Below are positions 42,945 to 60,489 of a stretch of 64,000 nucleotides of DNA, in pieces (the stretch's first letter is position 1; each line of letters starts with the position of its first letter). Both the position numbers and the translations under genes were made by a program. The stretch lies in NCBI RefSeq assembly GCF_009914755.1, contig NC_060930.1. The stretch is one strand, 5' to 3'. The notes under the pieces are model-generated. The model was not told the origin of the DNA, made no database searches, and was given only the letters and a program-made list of their open reading frames with translations. This DNA is from the human T2T-CHM13v2.0 reference genome, Homo sapiens.

Positions 42945-45900
42945 ACTTGTTTCTTTTTATATTTTTATGTGGCTCCTAGAAAAGATGTTTAATTCTACAT
43001 GTGGCTTGTGTTACCTTTCTATTAGACAGTGCTACTCCAGTGTGGTGGTCCTCACAGTGTGGTCCTGGACCAGCAGCATCAGCATCACTTAGCAACTTGT
43101 TGGAAATGCAAGTTTCTGCTAAATCAGAAACTCTGAGTAGAGATCTACTACTTTCTGAATCAGAAACTCTTGGAGTGAGGCCCAGGAATCTGTGTAACAA
43201 GCCGTTCCTGTGATTCTTTTTTCCCCCCTAGCAACTGTGAGATGTAAGTTGCCTGTTTAAAATGTGTAGTTTAGTGGTTTTTAGTATTTCAGAGAGTTGT
43301 GCAAACATCACCACAAAAAGCAATCTCATTCCTGCTGTCAGTATTCCTCATTCCCCCGTACCACCATCCCCATCCCCAGGCAACACCTAATCTGCTTTCT
43401 GTCTCTACAGATTTGCCTATTCTAGACATTTCATAGAAAATGGAATCATACACCATGCAGTCCTTTGTGGCATCTTTCACTAAGCGTAATGTTTTCCTCT
43501 GTAAATTCTTATATGCTGAAGTCTGAGAACTGCTGTCCTAGGGTAGAAGTGGAAAGGAAGTAGTCAGAGAGAGTGTGAAAAACCAAGAGTATGAAAAAAG
43601 AAGAATGCCCCGATCATGAGATAGAGAAAAGAAATGACACCAGAAGGACATTAACAGCAAAAGGTAAAAAGCAGTTTTTTCCATGTGGGAAAATAAGCTA
43701 CCAGCCTTGCTCCCAAAGTCCAGGAAGACTGACACTGAGGCCAAATATAATTATATATTATATTCATGTTTTGCTCTGCCTATATTATAGCTTTAATCTT
43801 TTTATCTCCTTAAATAATAATCAAACAGATGATAGTTAAAGCCATGAGAGTAGGTGAAACTGTCCCAGGAGGAAGATATTACAGAAAAGAAAAGGCTACT
43901 GCTGAGGACAGAATATTGGAGGAATGTCTTTCATTCCTATGTTGCAGTTTTCAAAATGGTTCATGCCCACTTTCTCCCTTGAATCTATCCGTAACCCTGT
44001 TAGGAAGTAAAGTGAGTATCACTATCTGGACTCCTTATTTAAGACGTGATTCCTCACACGGATATAATTTGCTCAGGGTGTCATGTTGAGTGGTTGAGTT
44101 GAGGTTTCTTCTCCACTCAGTATTTCTCATCTGTATTTAAAGGGAAGAGGAAGAAATGGAGACAGAAGGGCCGGTCAGGAAGGTAGGAGTAGAACTAGGT
44201 GGGTACAGTTTCATGGAAGCAAAGGGAGGAGTGTTTCAAGGAAGGCCATCTTGTTTGCTCCCTTGAATTAAAAAAAAAAATTCTTCTAATGAACAGAGTG
44301 TGTTCTTTGTTGAGTGACCAATCATACTGTGCAGTAAAGAGGTATCGACGTGAACAACCCGGGGAGAACATGCTTTCTCTTGGTTCTAACCTACAAAGTC
44401 CTCCTCTTGGCATTAGTTTTCCATTTATCATAGGTCTCTTAAAAAAAAAACAACTTTTGTTTTTAATTGAAGTCTAACAGACATAGAATGAGGTACACAA
44501 ATAATTATATAGCTTATTGGATTTTCGCAATCCAGGTCAAGAAATAGAACATGACCAGCACTCCAGAAAACCCCTATTCTCTCTCCCAGTTACTATCTTT
44601 CTCTCTTCCCCAAATATAGCTGTTTTCCTGACTTCCAAATATAATGGATTATTTTGAGAAGAGGGCATGCCAGAGTGGATGGTCTATGTGTGGCCAGAAA
44701 ACCTATCAGTTGACTGTGTCCCTCAGAAATGCCTGTAAGACATTTCATTTACCAAAACAATAAAGAGTGCCAGTGATGGCACTGGTGTCATTGGAAACTC
44801 AGTGGTTGCTCTGTACTCCAGAGCTGATGGCAAAACATGCTGTTGCAGAACTGAGCTGCCTGACAGTAATGGGGATGAAAGGTCTTGTAATAATAGAGGG
44901 CATGCACTTAGCCTTCAGAAATAAGGTGAGTGCAATTATTATAATGAGCAGCAAGGTCAGGGTGGCAGTGGTGAGGAGAGGAGGATCATCTGGAGAGAGC
45001 TATGGAGAAGATTAATAGAATATGGATTCCCTAGGGGGAAGTAGATGGACAGCAAAAAAAAGTATTGCTCAATCTATAAACCTGTGAATTATGTCAAGTA
45101 AAATAAATGTATTACTCAATCTGTACAATCAAAAGAAATCAAAGATAGATAATGAAAAAATGAAAAGGCTAGTGCCATTGACCCAATATTTTAAAAAATC
45201 ACAACTTCTTGCCTAGTTCCCAAGCATGAGCCTGTTTTCAGACCCAGAATCTACTGACTGAGTGAGAGGCCAGGTTAACAGAAAGAATGACCCTGCAACA
45301 CCATAGAAGTCATATCAGTCACGACTTCCCCCCAATCATTCCCCAGAGGAACTACAGTCATTTACTAGGGTAGCCATACGTTGGTGAAAGAGGAATACTC
45401 AGTATTTTGAAGACTGTTGGACACAAGGCTCAAGTTGTCATTGATACCTGGGAACCCGAAGCATCATCATGGCCCCTGGGGCTTAAGGGAATCAGATAAT
45501 AAATGGAGTCCTGGCCCAGGGCCAGTTCACATACCCAGCCAGTGGTCATTTCACTCATCTTCTGCTATATAATTGGAACCCACTTTATAGTTGACAGAAC
45601 ACCCATGTTGTTTCCTTGAACTGGGGGGTAAGAGCTATCCTAGTGGCGTAGGTTATGTAGAAATTTCTGCAACATACCCCACTCTGGCCAAAATAATAAA
45701 TAAAAAATCAGTATCAGATCCTGGGAGGAATGGCAAAAATTAATACCAGCCTTAAAGATGTAAGGGATGCATGGGTGGTGAACCCCGTCTTATCTCCATA
45801 TAATTCAGCAGTCTGGCCTACATAAACACCAAGTCGATCCTGTAAGATAACTGTGTTCTACTGCAAGTTCCACAAGTAGTTGCCCAGTTACAGATGCCCT

Positions 45901-46330
45901 ACCAGATGTGGAATCTTTGTTTAAGCAGATTAACACAGCTTCAGTTATACATTGTGAAGCCATTTGATCTAAATGTATTTTTCCAGAGGACTAGAAGCTA
46001 GTTTGCATGTTCATGGGATGGACAAGATGATACATTTACTATCTTGTTCTGAGGCTATGGTGACTTTCGCCCTGTGTCATAGTTTGAAGTGATCCGGACC
46101 ACCTGGACATTCTGTAGAATACCACATTAATTCACTCTATCAATGACACTATGATCACTGAATTAGATGAGCAAGAAATGGCAAATATATTTAAGGTCTT
46201 TGTAAGACACAGGAACACTAAGAAGCATGAATAAAACACACAAAGATTTAGGGACCCAACATATCACTGATGGTTTTAGGAATTCCAGGGTCTATGGTAT
46301 GACAGGTCATCCCCTCCAAGGCAGAGGAGA

Positions 46331-46630
46331 GGCTGGGCACAGTGGCTCACACATGTAACCCCAACACTTTGGGAGGCTGAGGTGGGCAGATTGCTTGAGC
46401 CCAGGAGTTTGAAAACAGCCTGGGTAACATGGTGAGACCCTGTCTCTACAAAAAATACAAAAATTAGCCGGGTGTGGTGGCTTGCACCTGCAGCCCCAGC
46501 TACTTGGGAGGCAGAGGTGGGAGGATTGCTTGAGCCTGCAAGATCAAGGCTGCAGTGAGCCATGATTGTGCCATGGCACTCCAGCCTGGGTGACAGAGTA
46601 AGACCCTGTCTCAAAAACAAACTAACAAAA
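46331..46630 (+). mobile_element. AluJ within the ERVL
   Basis: Dimer. Confidence 0.9.
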
Positions 46631-47238
46631 AATGACAACAATAACAACAATGGAAAAAACAAAGCATATCTCATACTTGGGGATACTGCTCTGACTCATT
46701 TATTGAGTACCTCACAAGGCTGCCAGCTGAGTTCAGGCCAAAGTAGGAACAGGCAATGCTGCAGGTAAGGGCGGCAGCCCCACTGCCTCCTAATGATAAG
46801 GATCACTTACTTCTTTCAGAATGGTGATTCTTCTTGTTGCTTGAAGTAGCAGGGCAGCAATCATAGCTTAAAAATTAATAGTACTCATTATATTGGTTCC
46901 CTTTGGGAACCAGGACCTCTAGACAAGCAGAGCCCAGAGTTGTGGGGCTGGGAAGTACACAGGCCCTGAGTGGATAACTGGGAGCAATGTTGAAAAGGGG
47001 GTTACTCGTGTTTCCAACCCTTGGTTTCTGAACCCATGTATAATACCTTTTGGGAATATGGCACTAATAATGATCATTTATTTAGGGTATTTAATGTGTC
47101 CTGGAGGATAGCACCTCATCATCACAGAGTATGGTCTCCAAGATGGCACCTCAGCTGTACCTTGAAAAGACCAGCAGCTTCTGGGTGGTGCAGCATGTGG
47201 TAGGCCTAGTGGATCCCATGGTCATGTACGCATTACCA

Positions 47239-47318
47239 TTAGGTTGGGGCAAAGGTAATTGCGGTTTTTTCCATTGAAAGTAATGGCAAAAACCTTAATT
47301 ACCTTTGCACCAAGCTAA
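47239..47318. mobile_element. MADE1 (Hsmar1-derived MITE)
   Basis: 80-bp palindrome ttaggttggggcaaaggtaattgcgg...aattacctttgcaccaagctaa followed by TA. Confidence 0.9.
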
Positions 47319-48246
47319 TACATCTTCTTTTTGTAAAATGGGCCTCTCGGTCTAATGAGACATTGTGTAAAATCTTGTGTTGCTAAGGATCAAAAACTCT
47401 CTAGGCCCTTGGACACTCATGCTAGCTGAGGTCCCGTGGTCAGAAAGGTAAGCACATACCCAGAATACATGCTGATTCCAGTCAAGATGCATTACTGCCC
47501 CTAACAGATGGAGATGGCTCAATGAAATCAACTTGCCACCAAGTCGCTGATTGTTTTCCTCAAGGTACGGTGTCATAGCAGGGGCTCAGCACTGGTCTCT
47601 GCTGCTGACAGGTCGGCAGAGTTGAGTGGCAGTAGCTTGGAAAGTGAGAGCCAATGCTATGGGACCCATGAATGGCTTTCGTCTCTGCCACTGTGACCAG
47701 TTCATTTGTGTTGTCCAAAACTGATGGCTTATGACAGAGGTTGGCTGGTGTGAACTGGCCAGGTTATCTGTCTTCTTGGTTGTTTAATGCATCTTCTATG
47801 GTGGATGCACAGTGGCCAGTTAGTAATACGCTTAGCATTCTTCAGTCTTAGTATCCATTTAGGTCTTGGTATTCCTATGCTCAATTTTGATGGCAAATGG
47901 ACAAATGTAGGAACCCTGGCTTGCCTTGGAGAGACATGGTGCCAGGGGCTTGACCCTCCAGAAATGACAGTCTGGATCACTCCATCAGGTGAGCTATGCA
48001 GACTAGTGTAGATGTTAGCCAAGGACGAAGAGAATCTATAGTGGCAGTAGAAGAGATAGATGATGTGTATCGGTTGTGGTCACAAAATCAGCTGCAGAAG
48101 TAAGGTCAGTAGTTAATTCCATTTAACCTTTCCCTTACAGTAAGTTTCTCTAGAAAAAAAGATCAATCAGAATCCTAGAGGAATGGCTTCCAGATAGATT
48201 AAACTTATTATATAAAGTAAGGATCTGAGTGGTGCAAGGGGTACAC

Positions 48247-50136
<1,890 letters not shown>

Positions 50137-50184
50137 AGAAATTATTTTTAAAATGTTATTGTCTAATCGTTTATCACTGTTTTA

Positions 50185-50512
<328 letters not shown>

Positions 50513-50841
50513 AGACGAAATGCAATAGACTTTATGCATTGAGTCTATATCCAGCAATCTTGCTAAATTCACTTATTCATTCCTCACCCTCTGGTCGCCA
50601 GTCTATTAACAAGCATCATCATATTGAGGTAGATCTCTGGAAGCAGATTCTGGAAATCTTGCTGAACAAGGAGAGCAGGTAGAAATGAAATGCTGAGAAT
50701 ATGGGAGAATATGTTTACAATGGAACAAACTTTCCGTGGGTATACTGGGAGGAACAGGAAATGGAGGGAAAACAGAGCGAGGAGTATGTTTCTTAACTTT
50801 AAGTCAATGCATAGATGAGGGACTATCAAGAATAGACTTCA

Positions 50842-51008
50842 GCTGGGCACAGTGGTACACACCTGTAGTTCCAGCTACTCAAGGAGGCTGAGGCAGAGGA
50901 TTGTTTAAGCCAGGCTCTAGTGCACTGTGATTGCACCTGTGAACAGCCACGGCACTCCAGCTGGGGCAACCTAGCAAGACTCTGTCTCATTAAAAAAAAA
51001 AAAAAAAA
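50842..51008 (+). mobile_element. FAM/7SL-derived Alu monomer
   Basis: Retains the 7SL-like cacctgtgaacagccacggcactccagc segment and has an A tail. Confidence 0.75.
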
Positions 51009-51902
51009 GAATAGGGATTTCATTTATGCCATTTTTGGAAAGAGAATTGAGACTAACCAAAGGACACATCTTAATTATGTTGAGTGGGTCTGCAGGTGAA
51101 AGGATGAGGGATATCAGGAAGGGCTGCAGAATAGATGATTTTACAGCGAGTTTGTAGAGTGGAACCCACAAATCCATGGAACATGTTGATAGTGCAGTTT
51201 TTCTCAGTGTGGTCCATAACAAGCATCAGCAGCACCTGGGAACTTGTTAGAAATGCAGATTCTAGGGCCCATCCCAGATCCACAGAATCAGAGTGGGGCC
51301 CAGACACCTGTATTTAGGCACACCCTTCAGGGGATTCTGATGCATGCCAAATTTTGAGAACTGTCCATTTAGGAGTGAATGCCTCAAACTAGTCCTTCAG
51401 GTGCTATAACTTGCCACTAATAGCCCCATGAAGAGTCCCAAATAGGGTAGTTAGTATTGCTTTTAAACCTACTTTATTCTTGTTTATATTTTGCTTTGCC
51501 GTTGTGTCTTAGTTTTACGCACTTTGCTTCCATAGATTATAATATTCTCAGTATAGAATCCATGTCTCATACTTGCAGTCCTCTGGCTCTATAAGAACAC
51601 TTCATGTGATTGTGTAAGGATCTCTCGATCATGCTGTGCATACCCCACTAAGTCCTTTATCCTATTATTCACATGACAGGATATTTTAAAATGTTTTCTC
51701 CATGCATTTCTATGTAACACAATGCCCATCCCCATTCAGGCAGCTAGATCATGGGTCCAAGGATGTTACCAAAGGAAAAACAAAAAAAGGCTTTGACTTC
51801 CAAAAATCTAAATCTAAACCTTCATGCTCTGAGTTGTAGGGAGGGGAGTCAGGAGGGAGAGCCCTTAGGTCCAATGAGTCCCTATGAAGAGATGTTACTT
51901 TC

Positions 51903-52416
51903 TGTTAGGAGCAGGCCCCCCCCCAAAATCTGGCCATAAACTGGCCCCCAAACTGGCCATAAACAAAATCTCTGCAGCACTGTAACATGTTCATAATGGC
52001 CCTGACGCCCAAGCTGGAAGGTTGTGGGTTTATGAGAATGAGGGCAAGGAACACCTGGCCCGCCTCGGGTGGAAAACCGCTTAAAGGCATTCTTAAGTCA
52101 CAAACAATAGCATGAGCGATCTGTGCCTTAAGAACATGCTCCTGCTGCAGTTAACTAGCTCAACTTATTTCTTTAATTCGGCCCATCCCTTCGTTTCCCA
52201 TAAGGGATACTTTTAGTTAATTTAATATCTATAGAAACAATGCTAATGACTGGTTTGCTGTTAATAAATACATGGGTAAATCTCTGTTCAGGGGTCTCAG
52301 CTCTGAAGGCTGTGAGACCCCTGATTTCCCACTTCACACCTCTATATTTCTGTGTGTGTCTTTAATTCCTCTAGTGCTGCTGGGTTAGGGTCTCCCCGAC
52401 CGAGCTGGTCTCGGCA
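51903..52416 (+). mobile_element. MER9 (HERV-K9/HML-3) solo LTR
   Basis: tgttaggagcaggcccc...ggtctcggca with ctggccataaac repeats; perfect 6-bp TSD ACTTTC (51897-51902 and 52417-52422). Confidence 0.88.
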
Positions 52417-52501
52417 ACTTTCCTCTGCACCTGTGGTTTAAGATAAAGAGAAATCATGGAGTCCTGAGACTTAGGTGTCTGGGAATCTAAAAGGAGGGGG
52501 T

Positions 52502-55139
<2,638 letters not shown>

Positions 55140-55764
55140 TTAGCAAATTAAGCAATATCACTTAATTATTCCGTGTTATAAAAGTGACACTTGTTCATTT
55201 TAGAGAATTTGGAAAATACAGAAAAATATAATGAAGGAAATAAAATCATTGGTAATCCCAGCAGCCAGCAATAATCAAAATTTGGTGTATTTCCTTCTAG
55301 TGATTTCTATGTGTACATGTATCTTTTCTAACAAAAGCATAATGTACATAAACTTGCTTTTTCCACTGGATATCTCATAACCATTTCTCTACATCTTTAA
55401 GCATTCTTTAAAGACACAATTTAGTGGTGTTAAAGTAGAATAGATAATATTCTATCATTGTGGGTACTATAAAAGTTAATGATTTCCCAAGTTTTGGACA
55501 TTTGTTTATTTTTTGCTATTATGAAAAGTGATACAAGCAATAAATTTTCAAGGATACAATATTTTCTAGGATACAGAATTCCCAGAATATCACATTATTT
55601 CCAGATAAGATGTGAACATTTTAAGTCTTTATAAAATAACTCGTGAAACTTACTGTAAAATTGAAGTGGTTTGGATGAAGTCTATAAAAGTGCCTATTTC
55701 ATTACAACTAGAGCAATCCTAGGTACTGGCATTAAACAATCTTCTGTAATATTTTCTTATATAT

Positions 55765-56093
<329 letters not shown>

Positions 56094-56576
56094 TAGAAAT
56101 TCTCTTAACCAATTTCCACTTAACCTGTTATTGGATTAACCGCACTCACCATTTCCTCAATAAAGAACTGATGCCCTGTCAGGCTGAGTAACTATAACCA
56201 GTTGGCCACTCTGTGCATTTCTACTTCCTCAGATGAGTTACTTGTCAAGTCGATTGTGTCTACTGCCAATGTGCTCAATCCAATCATCCTTGTAATTTTA
56301 AATATATAATTTAATTAAATATTATATAAGGCAATAAAATATGAGTTCATGTAAAAAGAAAATGAGTTTATGTAAAATATGAGTTTTTGTAAAACAAAGT
56401 TATATAAAAGAAGAACACTCAAAGGCAAATACCTAAAATAAATTCCTGAATTAGAGGCAGGAAAAAAGCATCTGTAAATAAGGAGGAAAGCATAAAATTA
56501 GGAATTCTGTACTCAGATTTCTTTATAAATGCTTTAAATTCACACTCTAAGGAAACTTGAATTGGAAATCTTAGAC

Positions 56577-57929
56577 CAGTGGTTCTCAACAGAGCAGTAC
56601 TGACCCCTAGGGGTTACTTCGGAGACTTGTGGGACATTTTTGGTTGGGTTTCACTATTGGTATTTAGTGGATGGTGAGCAGGGATGTTAGACATCCTGTA
56701 ATGACCTGTATAACTTTGGAAAGTCCCACTGAGTATTCATATAGGTAAAAAGCCTACTTTTCCCCTCAAGGAGATGGAGCATAACTCCCCAGCCAGTGTG
56801 GGCTTTACATAATGAGTTTCTTCCTCATCACTACCACTGCCAGGTGATTAAGGTTAACATAGTAAGATCAGGGACATGTCATGTTGATAGTATGTCCCCT
56901 TGATGTGACAAGAGCACTTTGTCTCTGTGGTATTCCTCCAAAAAACAATAATCCCAGTTTTATCATGACAAAAAAAATCAGAAGATCCCAATTGAAAAAC
57001 GTTTTGCAAAATACCTAGTTAGTACTCCTCAAAGCTGTCAAAGTCATCAAAAACAAGGAAAGTCTGAAAAACTGTCACAGTCTGGAGTAGCCTAAGGATA
57101 CATGGTGACTAAATGGAATGTGGTTTCCTGAATGTCACCTGTAAGGAAACAGCAGGTAAAAATGAAGGAAATTGGAATAAGTATGGACTTCAGTTAATAA
57201 TATCAATATAGTTTCATTAATTGTGATAAATGTCCCACACTAATGTAAGATTTTTAAAATAGGGGAAACTAGGTATGTGGTGTATGTGAATTCTGCACTA
57301 TCTTTGCAACATTTCTGCAAATCTAAAACTATTCTAAATTTTAAAAAAGAATTAAAGCCTGCTTTTTATTATCTGAACTTACAACTTGTATCTTACTTAT
57401 TTGCATTTATAATTTTAATATTTGCTAGGGAAAAAACTATTCTATAAACAAAAAAGTTACTCTTTTATTCGAAACTTTAGCAAGAATTGATCACCATTTT
57501 GGGAAATATTTCCAACATAACATCATGTTTTTGAGTCATCAGTAAAATGCACCTGTTATGAATATGTATTTAAATTTGTAAAATTATAGCTCTTCATGAA
57601 TCATAAATTCAGTCTTTATTTAAAATATCAAAGAGTGTCAACAATACTCTGATGTTTTCTTCTTCCATATGTAAGGGCAAGCACCTGACTACTCCATTGT
57701 CTTCTAGTCTATGTGGGCACTGACATACTAAAATGCACAATTTTATTGCAACCTGATTATATTTCTCCTTCATATTACCATAAAGGTATTGACTGATGTT
57801 TCTTCATGTCGTGCCAATAAGTAGGTTATATCATGTGAATGTCATTTCAGGATAGTGGATGTGATAGATATTATGTTACAATGTTATTATAAACAGGGTC
57901 AGCTAAGTCTAATATGATTGAGAACCACA
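56577..57929. mobile_element. hAT/Charlie-type DNA transposon remnant with nested L1MC 3' fragment (about 56760-57350)
   Basis: TIR-like ends cagtggttctcaac...attgagaaccac; L1MC motifs (gtactcctcaaagctgtcaaagtcatcaaaaacaaggaaagtctg). Confidence 0.55.
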
Positions 57930-58302
57930 ATCTCAGACCTAAGCTCTGAGGGCAAGAAATGTTTCATTTCTTACAGTACTCTGCACCTAATATCTAATTC
58001 TCAATATCTAATTTGACTCTGGGTGCGGTTTCTGTTTACACCTACCCAGAAGCCCCTATTTGCTCCTCCATTCTGGCAGTCTCAATTCTGATTCACTGTC
58101 CACCCTCATGCAGCCAGCTTGGGTAAATATGATCCATCTAAGTCAGAGTGTTCCCACCCCCTTGGCCAGTGATTAGACAGGTAAGTGACCCAGTACTGGT
58201 TGAGATATGACGGGAATTTTGCTGAGGAGCTTAGGGAAAGGTTTTTCACTCCTTATCAAAGACACATGAGGAATAAAATGATATTTTCTTTCACTGGACA
58301 TT

Positions 58303-58658
58303 TCTATTAGTCCGTTCTCATGCTGCTATAAGGACATGCCCGAGACTGGGTAATTTATAAAGGAATGAGGTTTAATTGACTCACAGTTCTGCAAGGGTGG
58401 GAAGGTTTCAGGAAACTTACAATCACGGCGGAAGGGGAAGCAAACACATCATTCTTCACAGGGTGGCAGGAAGGAGAAAGGGGAAGCCCCTTATCAAACC
58501 ATCAGATCCCGTGAGAACTCACTATCACGAGAATAGCATGGGGGAAACCACACCCATGATTCAATTACCTCCCACTGGGTCCTTCCAATGACATGTGGGG
58601 ATTATGGGAACTTCAATTCAAGGTGAGATTTGGGTGGGAACACAGCCAAATCCTATCA
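58303..58658 (-). mobile_element. THE1 solo LTR
   Basis: tattagtccgttctcatgctgctataaggac...cacagccaaatcctatca; 5-bp TSD ACATT. Confidence 0.85.
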
Positions 58659-58807
58659 ACATTGTTGGTCTACACATGATACCTAGAATCATGGTAGGCA
58701 TCTTTGATCATATTATTGGTCCAGTGAGAAAAAATGCTAAAAATGACAGGATCGAAAGATGGAAATAATCTGGGGTTCTTGTTATCTCTGAACCCTCTAC
58801 CAACCCA

Positions 58808-59092
58808 TTTTATTATTATTTTTGAGATGAAGTTTCGCTCTTGTTGCCCAGGCTGGAGTACAATGGCGTGATCTCAGCTCACCCCCCAGGTTCAAGTGAT
58901 TATCCTGCCTCAGCCTCCCAAGCAGCTGGGATTACAAGTGCCCACCACCATGCCTGGCAAATTTTGTATTTTCAGTAGAGACAGGGTTTCATCTTGCTGG
59001 TCAGGCTGGTCTCAAACTCCTGACATCAAGTGATCCACCTGCCTCAGCCTCCCAAAGTGCTGGGATAACAGGCGTGAGCCACTGCGCCTGGT
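58808..59092 (-). mobile_element. AluS
   Basis: Antisense dimer with a small internal deletion. Confidence 0.88.
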
Positions 59093-59209
59093 CAACCAAT
59101 CCATTTTACAATCTCTTAAGTGCTGGCTTTTTTTCTTATTGCCAACAGCAAGCATCCTTACTAACACTCTTCATAATCAGTTGGATGGCTGAGGATTATT
59201 TATATATAC

Positions 59210-59561
59210 TGTACTATGGACTGAATGTTTGTGTCCTGCAGCTCCCTTCCATACATATGTTTAAGCCTAATTTTCAGTGTGATGGTATTCGGAGGTGGGG
59301 CCTTTGGGAGGTAATGTCATGAGGGTAGAACCCTCATGAATGGAATTAGTGCCCTTTTAAGAGATGATTTATCTTGGATGTGTGAGAACACAGTGAGAAG
59401 GTGCCTGTCTACAAGTCAGGAAGTGGGTCCTCACCAGACACTGGATCTGCTGGTGCCTTGATCTTGGGACTTCCCAGCCTCCAGAACTGTGAGACATAAA
59501 TGTTTGTTGTTTAAGCCACCCGGTCTATGGTATTTTTATTAAAATTGCCTCAACTAAGACA
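59210..59561 (+). mobile_element. MLT1A-like LTR
   Basis: tactatggactgaatgtttgtgtcc...ctaagaca. Confidence 0.75.
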
Positions 59562-59838
59562 CACTCTATGCAATCATGGTCAAAATACTGTGTGGGAAAG
59601 CCTCAAGTGATTCCCTTTCAGCCATCTGCTCTTCATTCAAACCACCTGTATTATAATCATTCTAGCCTTAGCTATGTAGGGCTCATAGGAGACTGACTTG
59701 TTTTACATTGACCATGATCATGGAAAATAAGAAAACTTACTTCTTGTGACCTACTTTGTACTTTCGTACAACTTCTCAGGTAAGTGAATTTGGAAGTGAA
59801 TTGTTCTTTTCCCTAACAAGGCGTAGTGTTACCATATA

Positions 59839-60038
59839 CAGTTGTCCCTCGGTGTATGTGGAGGATTGGTTCCAGGACTGCCCATGGATACCAAAATCTG
59901 TGCATACTTAAGTCCCACAGTTGGCATATGAAAAGTCAGCCCCCTTTGTACTGTATTTTCAACCCACATTTGCTTGAAAAAAATCCCTGTATAAATAAAC
60001 CAGTGGAGTTCAAACCTATGTTGTTCAAGGGCCAACTG
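59839..60038. mobile_element. MER8 (Tigger-family MITE)
   Basis: TIRs cagttgtccctcg...caagggccaactg, flanked by TA. Confidence 0.8.
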
Positions 60039-60489
60039 TACATTTAAAAAAAATGCATATAGGAATGAATTTAAAGAATGAGCAAGGGCTATCTTTTGGC
60101 AAGTTTTACTCAGCAAGTGGAGAAGGCTTCTTTCCTTGGAAATAAAGCTTAAATTACTGAATTTGTGAATGTATTAGCCCTCCCGTTTGTCAGTTCTAGC
60201 ACTCAACATGTGAAATTGGTCTTCATAAGTTCCTTACCTTTTGATATTCTTCTGTTTGCACTTTATCTACCACAATCCTTTATTCCGTATTCACTTTCTT
60301 CTTCCCACCTTTCCCACACTCCCTTATCCATAGACACTACCTGCTTTACGGGCTGTACAGAATCACAATTGTTCTCTCTTCAGAATGAGCCTACAAGCCT
60401 TTTCAAATCCTTTCAGTACTCACTAAGGGGAGTTGTTTTTTTTTTTTTTTAAAGAAAGAACATGATGGACAAAGGTTTACAAATTAAAC

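Larger units (their letters stand above)
44655..48245 (+). mobile_element. Ancient ERVL internal remnant (HERV16/ERV3-16A3-like)
   Basis: Degenerate protease LLDTR.LSLIPG (about 45413) and RT start QYQILGG on the plus strand; integrase WWQVDFIEP on the minus strand; PPT-like caagggggtacac before the LTR. Confidence 0.72.

Noticed and set aside
50842-51008. Possible 7SL RNA gene
   Set aside because: It lacks most of the S domain and has an A tail; it is a fossil Alu monomer.
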